From: Octopus bimaculoides
Lineage: Eukaryota
Length of the DNA: 64,000 nucleotides
Direction of reading: 5' to 3'
NCBI RefSeq assembly: GCF_001194135.2
Contig: NC_068992.1
Location: 6,508,174-6,572,173 of the forward strand
Under the pieces are notes generated by a model. It was not told the origin of the DNA. It worked only from the letters and a program-made list of their open reading frames with translations, and made no database searches. Below, piece by piece: positions 10,211 through 26,258 of this stretch. The position numbers were made by a program, and so were the translations under genes. The first letter of the stretch is position 1, and each line of letters opens with the position of its first letter.

Positions 10211-11690
10211 TGTTTACAAGATGATATTTTCCTTAACAACCTTGCTACCAAGTTGCTGGCCGATCAAAATTTACTCTGAAATTAAAAAGAGAAAGAAAAG
10301 AACATATGTACAGGCATAATCAGCAGCGTTTCTTGCATAAAGAGTCATGGCATATATTCTTGAAAGATGTAAATGCAAGCAACAAATATATTTTTCCTAT
10401 AAACTTCTTATTTTCATGAAAGGTGGCAGGAAATGGGTAGATATGCACTTTTTGCACACTACTTCAGTTATATAAATTTGATTTTCAAAACGTCAGGCTC
10501 GAGCGTATATACAAAGAGTCTATGCTCGATATTTCAATACCTGAAATTGACAGTGTGGCCTTTGATCAAAGGTCTTCTAGATCAGAGTTGACCAATGGTG
10601 AAGCCACAATAGATTTTAGGAAATGCAAAATCGCCTCTGACAGAATTTGAACCGGAAACACTAAATGCTAACCTTCTAATATGAATATATCGTGGAGACA
10701 GAATGGCAAAAGGAAAAAACAGGTTGAGAAGTGTAAACTTGAGAAAGAAAGAAAGAAATTTCTAATAGACAGAAATTTAAAGGCTTCAACTGCAGTGGTG
10801 GTGGTCAGAGGGATACTACTTAAGGTGAACCGGGGGAAAATGAGGAGAGGTAAGAGATGTTGAGTTGGAAGGAGAGCGGTACAAGGCAAATGATATTTCA
10901 TTTTCATTTTATCTAGTTTCAGCTCATGAGCTGTGGCCATGCTGGGGCACCGCCATTTGGTGTTGCTACATAATTTTACTTCACGAATGCTTTTCATGAA
11001 TTGACATTTGGTGCATGAGAGAGTTTGATGCATATATATATATATATATANNNNNNNNNNNNNNNNNNNNNNNNNNNNNNNNNNNNNNNNNNNNNNNNNN
11101 NNNNNNNNNNNNNNNNNNNNNNNNNNNNNNNNNNNNNNNNNNNNNNNNNNNNNNNNNNNNNNNNNNNNNNNNNNNNNNNNNNNNNNNNNNNNNNNNNNNN
11201 NNNNNNNNNNNNNNNNNNNNNNNNNNNNNNNNNNNNNNNNNNNNNNNNNNNNNNNNNNNNNNNNNNNNNNNNNNNNNNNNNNNNNNNNNNNNNNNNNNNN
11301 NNNNNNNNNNNNNNNNNNNNNNNNNNNNNNNNNNNNNNNNNNNNNNNNNNNNNNNNNNNNNNNNNNNNNNNNNNNNNNNNNNNNNNNNNNNNNNNNNNNN
11401 NNNNNNNNNNNNNNNNNNNNNNNNNNNNNNNNNNNNNNNNNNNNNNNNNNNNNNNNNNNNNNNNNNNNNNNNNNNNNNNNNNNNNNNNNNNNNNNNNNNN
11501 NATATATATATATATATATATATATACATACATACATATACACATATCTATACATACATACATACATACGCATAGAGAAAGAGAAAGAGAGACATGTACA
11601 CACTTGTATATTGTGCTTCTGTGTCTGTGTGCGTGTTACAGTGTATAGATATGTATACGTAAAATGTATTGAAAGAGAGAGAGAGAGGGA

Positions 11691-11730
<40 letters not shown>

Positions 11731-12033
11731 CAAAAAAAGAAAAAGAGAGACGGCTGACACGGAGAGAGAAAAAAACTCACTCTGTTGTGTATGGATAGTA
11801 GAGAAAGTGAGAAAAAGAGTCAGAAAACTAACAGATAAGGGTAGTAGTGAGAGGAAAGAGCAACTATTAGATATAAAGATTGCCAAAACGATTTCTATGA
11901 GAATAGTTGAAAGACCAGTTAAGGAAAAGAAATTTTTAAAAATAAGATATGGAGAACGCGTGTGTGTATGTATGTGTTTGTGTGCATGCGTGTATATATG
12001 TATATATATTGATATATATGTATATATATGTAC

Positions 12034-12064
<31 letters not shown>

Positions 12065-12639
12065 NNNNNNNNNNNNNNNNNNNNNNNNNNNNNNNNNNNN
12101 NNNNNNNNNNNNNNNNNNNNNNNNNNNNNNNNNNNNNNNNNNNNNNNNNNNNNNNNNNNNNNNNNNNNNNNNNNNNNNNNNNNNNNNNNNNNNNNNNNNN
12201 NNNNNNNNNNNNNNNNNNNNNNNNNNNNNNNNNNNNNNNNNNNNNNNNNNNNNNNNNNNNNNNNNNNNNNNNNNNNNNNNNNNNNNNNNNNNNNNNNNNN
12301 NNNNNNNNNNNNNNNNNNNNNNNNNNNNNNNNNNNNNNNNNNNNNNNNNNNNNNNNNNNNNNNNNNNNNNNNNNNNNNNNNNNNNNNNNNNNNNNNNNNN
12401 NNNNNNNNNNNNNNNNNNNNNNNNNNNNNNNNNNNNNNNNNNNNNNNNNNNNNNNNNNNNNNNNNNNNNNNNNNNNNNNNNNNNNNNNATATATAGATAT
12501 ATAGATATATTTATATATATATATTTATATTTAGGTGTGTTTGTATAGATGTATTTCTATGTATACCTGTTAGAACAAACACAAAAATAGTACTCAATAC
12601 AATAAGTTTGAATGGTGCAATGGACGAAAATCTCGATTC

Positions 12640-12714
<75 letters not shown>

Positions 12715-12983
12715 CATACGTACATACATATATATATGTATATTTATATATATATGTATGTATATATATATATACGTCTCTGTGTGTGTATATATATATA
12801 TATATATACACACACACTTATACATACATACATACGTATATATACATATATACATATACACATATAATATATACACATATATATACACATATATATACAC
12901 ATGTAATATATGTATGTATGTATGTACGTATGTATGTATGCATCTATGTATATGATAGATAAATGATGAACTGGCTGAGCAAA

Positions 12984-13857
12984 AGAGAGACTGAAGAAAA
13001 ATATTGCGAGAGAAAAAGATCAAAATTGACTGAGGAAGAAAGATGAAAGAAAAGAAAGAAGAAAAAAGAAAGCGAATGAGAGACAAAGAAAGAAAGGAAT
13101 GAGGTTTTCGCATATTAGAATGAAAAAGACAAGGTAAAAAGAATGAGAAAGAAAAACTAGAGGAAAATAAGTAAAATATACAAGATATAAGAAAGTGTGA
13201 TAAACTGGGAAAGGAGATGGAAGCGAAAAAATATTGAGAAAGAGAGAGAAAGATTGAAATAGACTGAACGATAAAGAGAGTAAGAGATATGTAGTTAGAT
13301 AGGCAGACAGAGAGAAAGAAAGAGAAAGAGGAAGAGAGGGAGGGGAGAGGAGAGAGGAAGAGACAGGTAGACTTAAAGATAGAGAGAGAGAATGAGAGAG
13401 AGGGCGTAAGAAGTAAAGAAAGAAGATTATAGAGGAAGAAAGATGAGGAAAAATAATAAAGAAGTAAATAGAAGAGATTGAGAAATAATGACAAAATGTA
13501 GGAGACACCGGAATAAAGAGAGGACGAGAGAGAGATGTAAATATAAAGAAAATAGTGACTAACAGAGTGAGAGAAAGAGAGAGGGAGAGAGAGAAAGGGA
13601 GAAAGAAAGAAAGAAAGAAAGAAAGAAATATTAAGAGAAACGCAGGGCAAAACAGAGGATTGTTTATGAAAAGAAAGAGAGTGAAAGAAAAGGGGAGCGA
13701 ATGAGAAGAAGGAGAAATATTAAAGTAATAGAGAATGTAAACAAAGTGAATGAAAATTAGAAGGAAATGGAAAGAGAAAGAGATTAAGTAAAAAAAATAG
13801 ATAGAACGAAAGAAAAGAGTAAGATACAAAGAGAGAGAGAGAGTGAGATAGAAAGAA

Positions 13858-13886
<29 letters not shown>
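12984..13886 (+). repeat. About 900-bp purine-rich (GA/GAAA) low-complexity tract
   Basis: Strong A/G strand bias with degenerate (GA)n and (GAAA)n; explains the F/L/S-rich minus-strand ORFs. Confidence 0.9.
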
Positions 13887-13889
<3 letters not shown>

Positions 13890-14045
13890 ATCTATACAGA
13901 CACTCGAGAGGTGCGAGCAGACACGATATATAGTAGCACTTAGATTTGGCACGCTGGAGTCGGAGCGTCAAACAGTTTAATGCTAAATCTTTACTAGCAG
14001 TAGTGGCTGTGTGCGTGTATATTAGATATATATATATATATATAA

Positions 14046-14099
<54 letters not shown>

Positions 14100-14479
14100 N
14101 NNNNNNNNNNNNNNNNNNNNNNNNNNNNNNNNNNNNNNNNNNNNNNNNNNNNNNNNNNNNNNNNNNNNNNNNNNNNNNNNNNNNNNNNNNNNNNNNNNNN
14201 NNNNNNNNNNNNNNNNNNNNNNNNNNNNNNNNNNNNNNNNNNNNNNNNNNNNNNNNNNNNNNNNNNNNNNNNNNNNNNNNNNNNNNNNNNNNNNNNNNNN
14301 NNNNNNNNNNNNNNNNNNNNNNNNNNNNNNNNNNNNNNNNNNNNNNNNNNNNNNNNNNNNNNNNNNNNNNNNNNNNNNNNNNNNNNNNNNNNNNNNNNNN
14401 NNNNNNNNNNNNNNNNNNNNNNNNNNNNNNNNNNNNTTTTTCCTCTGTCTTGTAGTTTTATTTATCTGTATCTCTTCCA

Positions 14480-16980
<2,501 letters not shown>

Positions 16981-17064
16981 TATATTAGTAGATTTGTATG
17001 ATTGCATGCCAACAGGACTTTCTAGGGTATCCTCTTAAAATGATATTTTATTGCTATGTTTGAT

Positions 17065-17103
<39 letters not shown>

Positions 17104-17528
17104 CGCTACATGCCGCCATTCATCCAACCATCCCACTATCCGTCCATCCGTCAACCTATCCATCCATCGTTCAATCAACCTCCTCTATCCAATTATCCAT
17201 TCATCAATCCATCAATCCAACCGTCAATTCATACACCCTTCACTGAAACCAATAATTCAACCATCCATACAGTGATCCAGCCATTTTCCCCCCCCTCATC
17301 CTGCCAGCCATTCCTCTCTCTCTCTCTCTCTCACACACTCTTCTTCTCTTTCTCTCTGCCACTCTCTTTTTCACTTTCTTTCTTTCTCTCTATCTCTTTT
17401 TATGTCTTTCTTTTTTCCTTTCTGTCTTTGTAACTTTCTCTTTTTTAATTCTTTCTTTTCCTCCCACCCCTATATCTCTCCCTCTCTCTCTGTACATGCA
17501 CACCAACCCGCTTGCTCACAATCACACC

Positions 17529-17580
<52 letters not shown>

Positions 17581-18694
17581 AATAATAACAATAAATGGAA
17601 CAAAACATATAAATAAAAGTTCTTTTAATATATATATATATATACACATATATATGTATACACATTTATCTATACATATATATATATATATATATACATA
17701 CATACACACAAACACACACAAACAAACACACACACACACACACACACATATATATTGTATAGAGAAGTTTTGAGATTCGTTACAGGTGTTATGTAAAACA
17801 TTAAGATATCTTCTGCTTCTTTCCTCCTGTGATGGGGGAATCTATTTAGGGCAGGGGTGCATGTCTTTTCGAATGTTCGTGGGCGCTGCCGCCATCAGCT
17901 CAGGCGACGGCTGCAAAGCAGCGCAACGCAACGAACGCATTCGGCTGTGTGTTCGTTATACGTGTGAGCGTGTGTGTGTGTGTGTGCGTGTGAGAGAGAG
18001 AGAGAGAGTTCATATGTATGTGTATATGCACATATATATGTGCTTGTGTACATACATACACACACGTATATATATGTATATTTATTTACACACACACCCA
18101 CATACATAGATACATACATACATACTTATACACACAAATACATACGCGTGTGTTTACGTGCATACGATTTTTTGTGCTTGTATNNNNNNNNNNNNNNNNN
18201 NNNNNNNNNNNNNNNNNNNNNNNNNNNNNNNNNNNNNNNNNNNNNNNNNNNNNNNNNNNNNNNNNNNNNNNNNNNNNNNNNNNNNNNNNNNNNNNNNNNN
18301 NNNNNNNNNNNNNNNNNNNNNNNNNNNNNNNNNNNNNNNNNNNNNNNNNNNNNNNNNNNNNNNNNNNNNNNNNNNNNNNNNNNNNNNNNNNNNNNNNNNN
18401 NNNNNNNNNNNNNNNNNNNNNNNNNNNNNNNNNNNNNNNNNNNNNNNNNNNNNNNNNNNNNNNNNNNNNNNNNNNNNNNNNNNNNNNNNNNNNNNNNNNN
18501 NNNNNNNNNNNNNNNNNNNNNNNNNNNNNNNNNNNNNNNNNNNNNNNNNNNNNNNNNNNNNNNNNNNNNNNNNNNNNNNNNNNNNNNNNNNNNNNNNNNN
18601 NNNNNNNNNNNNNNNNNNNNNNNNNNNNNNNNNNNNNNNNNNNNNNNNNNNNNNNNNNNNNNNNNNNNNNNNNNNNNNNNNNNNNNNNNNNNNN

Positions 18695-18729
<35 letters not shown>

Positions 18730-19512
18730 GTATATGAGTGTATGTGTGTATGTGTATATGTATATATGCATATATGTATGTGTATGTATGTATGTATGTA
18801 TGTATATATGTATGTATATGTATAGTAAGCATACGTCGTCACGGTACTGCACGACACGGAAAGACACTTTTATCATCTCTCCATCTCAACTCTCCAGCTA
18901 GAATATCTTCATCTCACACACATCATTCCCATCCATTTTTGTAACAAACACCTATTTTACTACACACTGACAGAAAGCTTTGTGCTTTCTGTGTTATTGT
19001 TATGCTAGAATCGGTAGAGCATCAGACCATACATTTCTGCGGGTATTTTTTTTCTTTTCTCCAGCCTCTTTACCTCCACTTGGTTTCTCTTCATCTTTTT
19101 TTCTTATCCCATGCTACGAGTTGAAAACTTGACGCGGTCAAATTTCGTTTTACCTCATTCAGGGACGATGTCAACAGAATATGCAGCAGTTATGGACGGG
19201 AGATCGATTTGCCGTTCTTTCTACCAACAAACTATCTGATCCTGTGCCTATGCTAAGAGTCATCATAGTTTTGTTGGGTTTGACACAAACATACATGTTG
19301 ATGCACACATACATGACAGCGTACGCGCACGCACACAATGTGCATCTACATACACGTACCCCCATTCTCTCCCTCTCTCGTTACATTCATATAGATACAT
19401 ACACCCATACATACATATATACATACATACATACGTACGTACATACATACACGTATATATATATATGCACACAAATCCATACATACATGTGCATATACAC
19501 ATACATGCGTAC

Positions 19513-19543
<31 letters not shown>

Positions 19544-19607
19544 CATGCATATATATATATATACATTTATATATACATACATATACATACATATATATAT
19601 ATATACA

Positions 19608-19716
<109 letters not shown>

Positions 19717-20088
19717 GATTCTATATGTACTACCTATAATGAGGTGACTTCTATGTGCTCTTCCGACATGTTAGAAAGAGAAGTCAAATCTATCTCATGT
19801 TTCAGTACACTCTCTAAAAGATATTGGATAAATAATTTGCCCGAAAATAAATAAATAAAGAAAGAAAGAAATGAAGAAATAAATGATAAAAAAAGAAAAT
19901 GGTTTTAAATTCTTGTACCAATTGGCTGCACGTTTAGGGTCAAGCTGGGTTTAAAATACAAATCTCCTCACCACCCTATATCACTCAGTGTTACACTTAG
20001 GTTAATCCTAAAATAGGGATTGCTTAGTAGATACATCCTTTTTATTGTAATCACTTCCGCTTGTGATAATTTTATTGTTGTTGTTTAT

Positions 20089-20300
20089 GCGGCGAGCTGG
20101 CGGGTCGCAAGGACGCCGGGCGGGCGAAATGTTTAGCGGCATTTCGCCTTTCTTCACCGTTCTGAGTTCAAATTCCACCAAGGTCGACTTTGCCTTTCAC
20201 CCTTTCGATGTCGATAAGATAAGTACCAGTTGTACACTAGGGTCGATGTAATCGACTTACCCCCTCCCGCGAAATTGCTGGCCTTGTGCCAAATTTGAAA
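20089..20300 (+). mobile_element. SINE family C
   Basis: GCGGCGAGCTGGC head, GAGTTCAAATTCC B box, core GGTCGACTTTGCCTTTCACCCTTTCGATGTCGATAAGATAAGTACCAG, end GGCCTTGTGCC. Confidence 0.88.
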
Positions 20301-20320
20301 CTTGAAAGCAGTTGTTAATA

Positions 20321-20544
20321 AGACAGCGAGCTGGCAGAATCGTTAGCACGCCGGACTAAATGTTTGGCTGCATTTCGTCAGTCTTTATGTTCTGTTCCGA
20401 GTTCAAATTTTGTCGAGGTCAACTTTGCCTTTCATCCTGTTTAGGTCGATAAAGTAAGTAGCAGTCAAACACTGGGGTCGATGTAATCGACTGGACGCCC
20501 CACCTAAAATATCAAGAACTTGTGCCTTTAATAGATAGGATTAT
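20321..20544 (+). mobile_element. SINE family C, head-to-tail with the previous copy
   Basis: GCGAGCTGGCAGAATCGTTAGCACGCCGG head, core and GATTAT tail. Confidence 0.85.
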
Positions 20545-22693
20545 CCCGCCGACAGATTCGAGTTGCCTTCCATCCATGGCGACGTCGCTAAAAACTATAA
20601 AGTGCTAGTGAAAATACGCTGAATAATATTATTGACTATATCCCTCCCCTCATAACATATGCCCTGGGGCAAATTTAGAAATGAGAGTTATTTTTCTTGT
20701 TATTTATGAATTGGCCCAAATGGAAGAACGTTGGAAAAATGTGCCTTGCTCTATATAGATACTTAGCTCCGAGTTCAAACCCTACCTAATTCAGTTAACA
20801 TTATATATCTTCGAGATCGATCAAAATCGAGTACCAGTTACGTCCTTAGAATAATATTATTGCCTAATATTTCTCCCGAAATTCAAGTCTATGCCAGAAA
20901 TAACAATTATTGTTGTTCGTAATGTTGGTGTCATTTATGCTTTGAGTTCGATTAACGTCGATATCAGTTATTTTTTATTTATTTTTTTTTCGTCTTTCCG
21001 GGGTCAATAAAATGCATATCAGTCAAATACTGGGGTCGATGATATTGACTTATGCCCCCACCCCACCGACATTTGCTATTGTTCGTGTTATTGTTGATCT
21101 CGTAATTGTTGCCACAACCACCACCGCCACCGTCACCACCACCNNNNNNNNNNNNNNNNNNNNNNNNNNNNNNNNNNNNNNNNNNNNNNNNNNNNNNNNN
21201 NNNNNNNNNNNNNNNNNNNNNNNNNNNNNNNNNNNNNNNNNNNNNNNNNNNNNNNNNNNNNNNNNNNNNNNNNNNNNNNNNNNNNNNNNNNNNNNNNNNN
21301 NNNNNNNNNNNNNNNNNNNNNNNNNNNNNNNNNNNNNNNNNNNNNNNNNNNNNNNNNNNNNNNNNNNNNNNNNNNNNNNNNNNNNNNNNNNNNNNNNNNN
21401 NNNNNNNNNNNNNNNNNNNNNNNNNNNNNNNNNNNNNNNNNNNNNNNNNNNNNNNNNNNNNNNNNNNNNNNNNNNNNNNNNNNNNNNNNNNNNNNNNNNN
21501 NNNNNNNNNNNNNNNNNNNNNNNNNNNNNNNNNNNNNNNNNNNNNNNNNNNNNNNNNNNNNNNNNNNNNNNNNNNNNNNNNNNNNNNNNNNNNNNNNNNN
21601 NNNNNNNNNNNNNNNNNNNNNNNNNNNNNNNNNNNNNNNNNNNNNNNNNNNNNNNNNNNNNNNNNNNNNNNNNNNNNNNNNNNNNNNNNNNNNNNNNNNN
21701 NNNNNNNNNNNNNNNNNNNNNNNNNNNNNNNNNNNNNNNNNNNNNNNNNNNNNNNNNNNNNNNNNNNNNNNNNNNNNNNNNNNNNNNNNNNNNNNNNNNN
21801 NNNNNNNNNNNNNNNNNNNNNNNNNNNNNNNNNNNNNNNNNNNNNNNNNNNNNNNNNNNNNNNNNNNNNNNNNNNNNNNNNNNNNNNNNNNNNNNNNNNN
21901 NNNNNNNNNNNNNNNNNNNNNNNNNNNNNNNNNNNNNNNNNNNNNNNNNNNNNNNNNNNNNNNNNATATATATATACATCTTTGTGTGTATAATATAGAC
22001 GTGTGTGTTCGTGTGTAAATTGATTGTATGGACGTCAGGCATCAATCGGAATGAGTGTCCAGGGGTGTGTATGTATGTTATGTGTGTGTATGTATATGTG
22101 TGTGTGTGTGTGTGTGTGTAAGATGGTGGAGGAGAAGGAAAGATGAAAAGAAGAAGAATAAGGTTGGGTGTGGGGAGAATGTACACGCGATATAACAAAA
22201 TATTCAATTTTGTTTTAAATCATACACATTTATAAATATTTCCACAATCTAAAATGTAGACAGAAATTAATACCCACCCCACCCCCGCTACCCGCTGCAC
22301 CCACAATACCTACATTACACTACGATCACCAAAATATATAAACTATCATTATCAACTGCTGATTCTCCTAAACACCTCACTGTTAGAATTTGTCAGGTCT
22401 GCGAAAGGAATTTTTTTTCTTTTTTATGATTTGTTTAGTTTAGTTTCTTGTTTGTATATTCTTTCTGTCGTTTCTTTATTTATATATCTATTGTGACGTT
22501 ATCAGAAGTGAAACATCGAAGGTGAACATGAAAATATATATACGTAACATGCGTTAAAGTTTAAATAAATATGGTTAAGAAGTATATATAAAAATGTCTC
22601 GTGGTTTTCGGTAGTTCCAAGCCTGTATACATGTATACATATATATACAATAGTACAGGTGTAGACGTTGGAGGCTGATACAATAAAACACTA

Positions 22694-22945
22694 GTCAAGT
22701 ACTGTCTTCGATACAGTCAACTTCGTTTCTCATTCTTCAGGGCTAAGATCGATAACATGGAGCACCCGTCAAGTACTGGTTTCGATATAGTCAACTTGGC
22801 TTCTCATCCTTCAGGCGGGTAGAATCGATAAAATAAAGTATCAATCAAGTATTATCTTCGATATAGCTAAACTTTGCCTTTCATTCTTCCGCGAGGAGAG
22901 TCGATAAAATAAAAGTACCGGCTAAGAGCTAGTGAAGGGTCGATA
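22694..22945 (+). repeat. Three tandem 74-76-bp units derived from the SINE family C core
   Basis: Units start at 22694, 22768 and 22844: TCAAGTA..TTCGATA.AG.CAACTT.G..T.TCAT.CTTC....TCGATAA.AT. Confidence 0.8.
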
Positions 22946-23735
22946 CGTCGAAACCGACGGGAAAGTCCATCATATATATATATATATATANNNNNNNNNN
23001 NNNNNNNNNNNNNNNNNNNNNNNNNNNNNNNNNNNNNNNNNNNNNNNNNNNNNNNNNNNNNNNNNNNNNNNNNNNNNNNNNNNNNNNNNNNNNNNNNNNN
23101 NNNNNNNNNNNNNNNNNNNNNNNNNNNNNNNNNNNNNNNNNNNNNNNNNNNNNNNNNNNNNNNNNNNNNNNNNNNNNNNNNNNNNATATATATACACTAA
23201 ATAATATATGAGTATATGCATATATATGTACATGTATGTACATACCTTCATCTACATGTATATATAGATGCATATCTGGGTACATGACGTTGCAAAAAAA
23301 ACATGGACAAAATGATAAACAAGGTACAGAAAACACACAGGCCACATAGAGAACATTTCCTCCATCAGCTGCCACCATTGTAACACTGGCGTTTCGAAGA
23401 GTTAGGGCAGGACTCCCTCCTCCTCCTCCTCCTCCTCCTCCTCTTCTCTTCCCCACGCCCCTTTACATTAAACGCGTGGTGGTCTTGTGCCTATGTGGCA
23501 AATCAATATGATGATACATGTATGTCCACATTCTGTTTCTTTCATGCAGAAACATTCTACGCAACGTAAGACTCCACTGCGATCGAGTTACGTTGTCGCA
23601 AACAGCGGGTAGCGGATGTATTCTTCTGCTCTTGAGATACTTTTACCTGTATATGTTGTTTGACACGTTATCATGTTTCAAACAGAGTAATCTCTCACTC
23701 TCTCTCTCCCATCTCTCACACCTTTTTCACACTCT

Positions 23736-23800
<65 letters not shown>

Positions 23801-24127
23801 TCTCTCTCTTTCTCTCACCTTCCTTCGCTCTCTTTTTCATTCTCTCTCTTTCTGGGTGTGCATAGAAAGTTACGTCTTAACGTTTTGATAATTCAATTTA
23901 ACTCTTATGTAAATTTGTATATTTTATTTAATTATTTTATACTTGAAGCAAGATAAATATGTTCAAAATGCAAACCCTCGTCTCCTTCCTCAGATTTCGA
24001 ATTGTGTATATACATACATATACACACACGCACATAGATACACACGTATATGTACATACACATACACACTCACACATGTAATATATATATAGAGAGAGAG
24101 ACACACACATTAATATCTAGCATATAT

Positions 24128-24257
24128 TTACGTTCTGAGTTCAAATTCCTAGGGGCCTGACTTTGCTTTTAAACCTTTCAGGGTCGAGAAAATCAGTTGA
24201 GTATTGGGGGGTCTTTGTAATCAACTTACCACCTCCCTCCCCACCGAAAGTTGCTGA
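24128..24257 (+). mobile_element. SINE family C, 5'-truncated
   Basis: TTACGTTCTGAGTTCAAATTCC...ACTTTGCTTTTAAACCTTTCAGGGTCGAGAAAA; ends at a gap. Confidence 0.75.
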
Positions 24258-25115
24258 NNNNNNNNNNTATATATATATATACATATATAATATATATATA
24301 TAGAGAGAGAGAGAGATGTTTATATACGTGTGTGTGTGTAGATAGATAAGATAGATAGATAGACACACGAAAATATATGTGTATACACATATATCCATAA
24401 ACTTACATATGCTCACATATATACATACATACATGTATACATTCGCATAGTTGTACATTCAAGTTCATTGCATTTATATATCGGTTGTATATTAGTGTTA
24501 ATGCAAAAATTAGATGCTAAAAGTAATTAAAGCGGCTGATACGATTTTGTTGTACTTCATACCAACTAAGTTCAATTCCTACCGTTCGAGGTTTGTTTTT
24601 TAATCTTTCTAAGGTCAATAAAATAAAGTAGTATTTAAAGACTAGGGTTAATGTAAATTGACTGCAGTTGTTCCTTTAAAAATATTTTGTACGTATTCAT
24701 ATTTTGAAGATTGGTAAGAACACGTTCAGTACCAGAGGTTGACGGAATATTTTGTGGGTGGTTCTTTACATGTTCTAAGTTCAGATCACAACAGAGTCGA
24801 TCGATTTTTCCCTTTTGTCATTCATCTACCGGATAAATTTAGGGAAGATAACATAAGCAATCATTCTAAGATCTGGAGTCCACTTCCATTATCAATCAGT
24901 CAAATACTGACTTCGATTTAGCGGCCAATATTCTCTCCACCACTTCCCAGCCCAAATATATGTGACCTGTCTATGTCGGCAGAATAGTTAAGGCGTTGGA
25001 AACATTACCTTGCAGTATTTTTTTGTTACACCTCTTTATAATTTGATTTCAATTCCTACCAACTTTGATCTTCTGAAGTTGATTAAATAAGTACCAGTCA
25101 AGTATTGATGCTCTT

Positions 25116-25148
<33 letters not shown>

Positions 25149-26044
25149 NNNNNNNNNNNNNNNNNNNNNNNNNNNNNNNNNNNNNNNNNNNNNNNNNNNN
25201 NNNNNNNNNNNNNNNNNNNNNNNNNNNNNNNNNNNNNNNNNNNNNNNNNNNNNNNNNNNNNNNNNNNNNNNNNNNNNNNNNNNNNNNNNNNNNNNNNNNN
25301 NNNNNNNNNNNNNNNNNNNNNNNNNNNNNNNNNNNNNNNNNNNNNNNNNNNNNNNNNNNNNNNNNNNNNNNNNNNNNNNNNNNNNNNNNNNNNNNNNNNN
25401 NNNNNNNNNNNNNNNNNNNNNNNNNNNNNNNNNNNNNNNNNNNNNNNNNNNNNNNNNNNNNNNNNNNNNNNNNNNNNNNNNNNNNNNNNNNNNNNNNNNN
25501 NNNNNNNNNNNNNNNNNNNNNNNNNNNNNNNNNNNNNNNNNNNNNNNNNNNNNNNNNNNNNNNNNNNNNNNNNNNNNNNNNNNNNNNNNNNNNNTATATA
25601 TATATATATATCGATAGATAAATAGACAGCTAAAATATATCAAGTCTATCGTTTCCTCTCACTTGTGTCTGTCAGAAGTCATTATGTTCAACATCACTAT
25701 TATAAGTTGAGCCTAACAGGAAATATATTGTTAAACCTTAACAGTAGATACATCAAGATGTTATTCATAAACGAGGTGTGGTTTCCATTCTTTGAGAAAT
25801 TATTAAATAAAATTTGATGGTTACTCGAACTTATAAATTATTCATGAAATCTTTATAACAACATCGACCGACTAACATATATTACATACACCGACAAACA
25901 AACACTAACGCTTACATAAGAAAAACATATACACACAATGCCTCTGCAAACACACATATGCACATTTACAAACAGACATTACATTCGCTGTTACCTGAGG
26001 TGATTCCATTCATGTGTGTATTATTCACACACAAACACACACAA

Positions 26045-26111
<67 letters not shown>

Positions 26112-26163
26112 CTTACAAAAGACTCAATACAAGATACAGAGGCATATCTTCTTTATGAAAGAG

Positions 26164-26258
26164 CTTGACAACTACTTCGAAGTTTCGCCTAAGGTTGGCT
26201 TTTCAAACACAAATCAATTTGAAAAGCCGGACCGCGAATTTTCAGAGTAGCTATCAAG
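26164..26258. repeat. Short fold-back element sharing its terminal module with 51465-51676
   Basis: Arms 26164-26207 and 26218-26258 are imperfectly inverted around a 10-bp spacer; the inner 11 bp (GGCTTTTCAAA/TTTGAAAAGCC) are perfect. The left arm contains TTGACA-N3-ACTTCGAAGTTTCG, as at 51468. Confidence 0.7.

Noticed and set aside
12511-13952. Long minus-strand ORFs of 379 and 310 aa
   Set aside because: F/L/S-rich translations of the purine tract, which lacks stop codons for compositional reasons; no domain.
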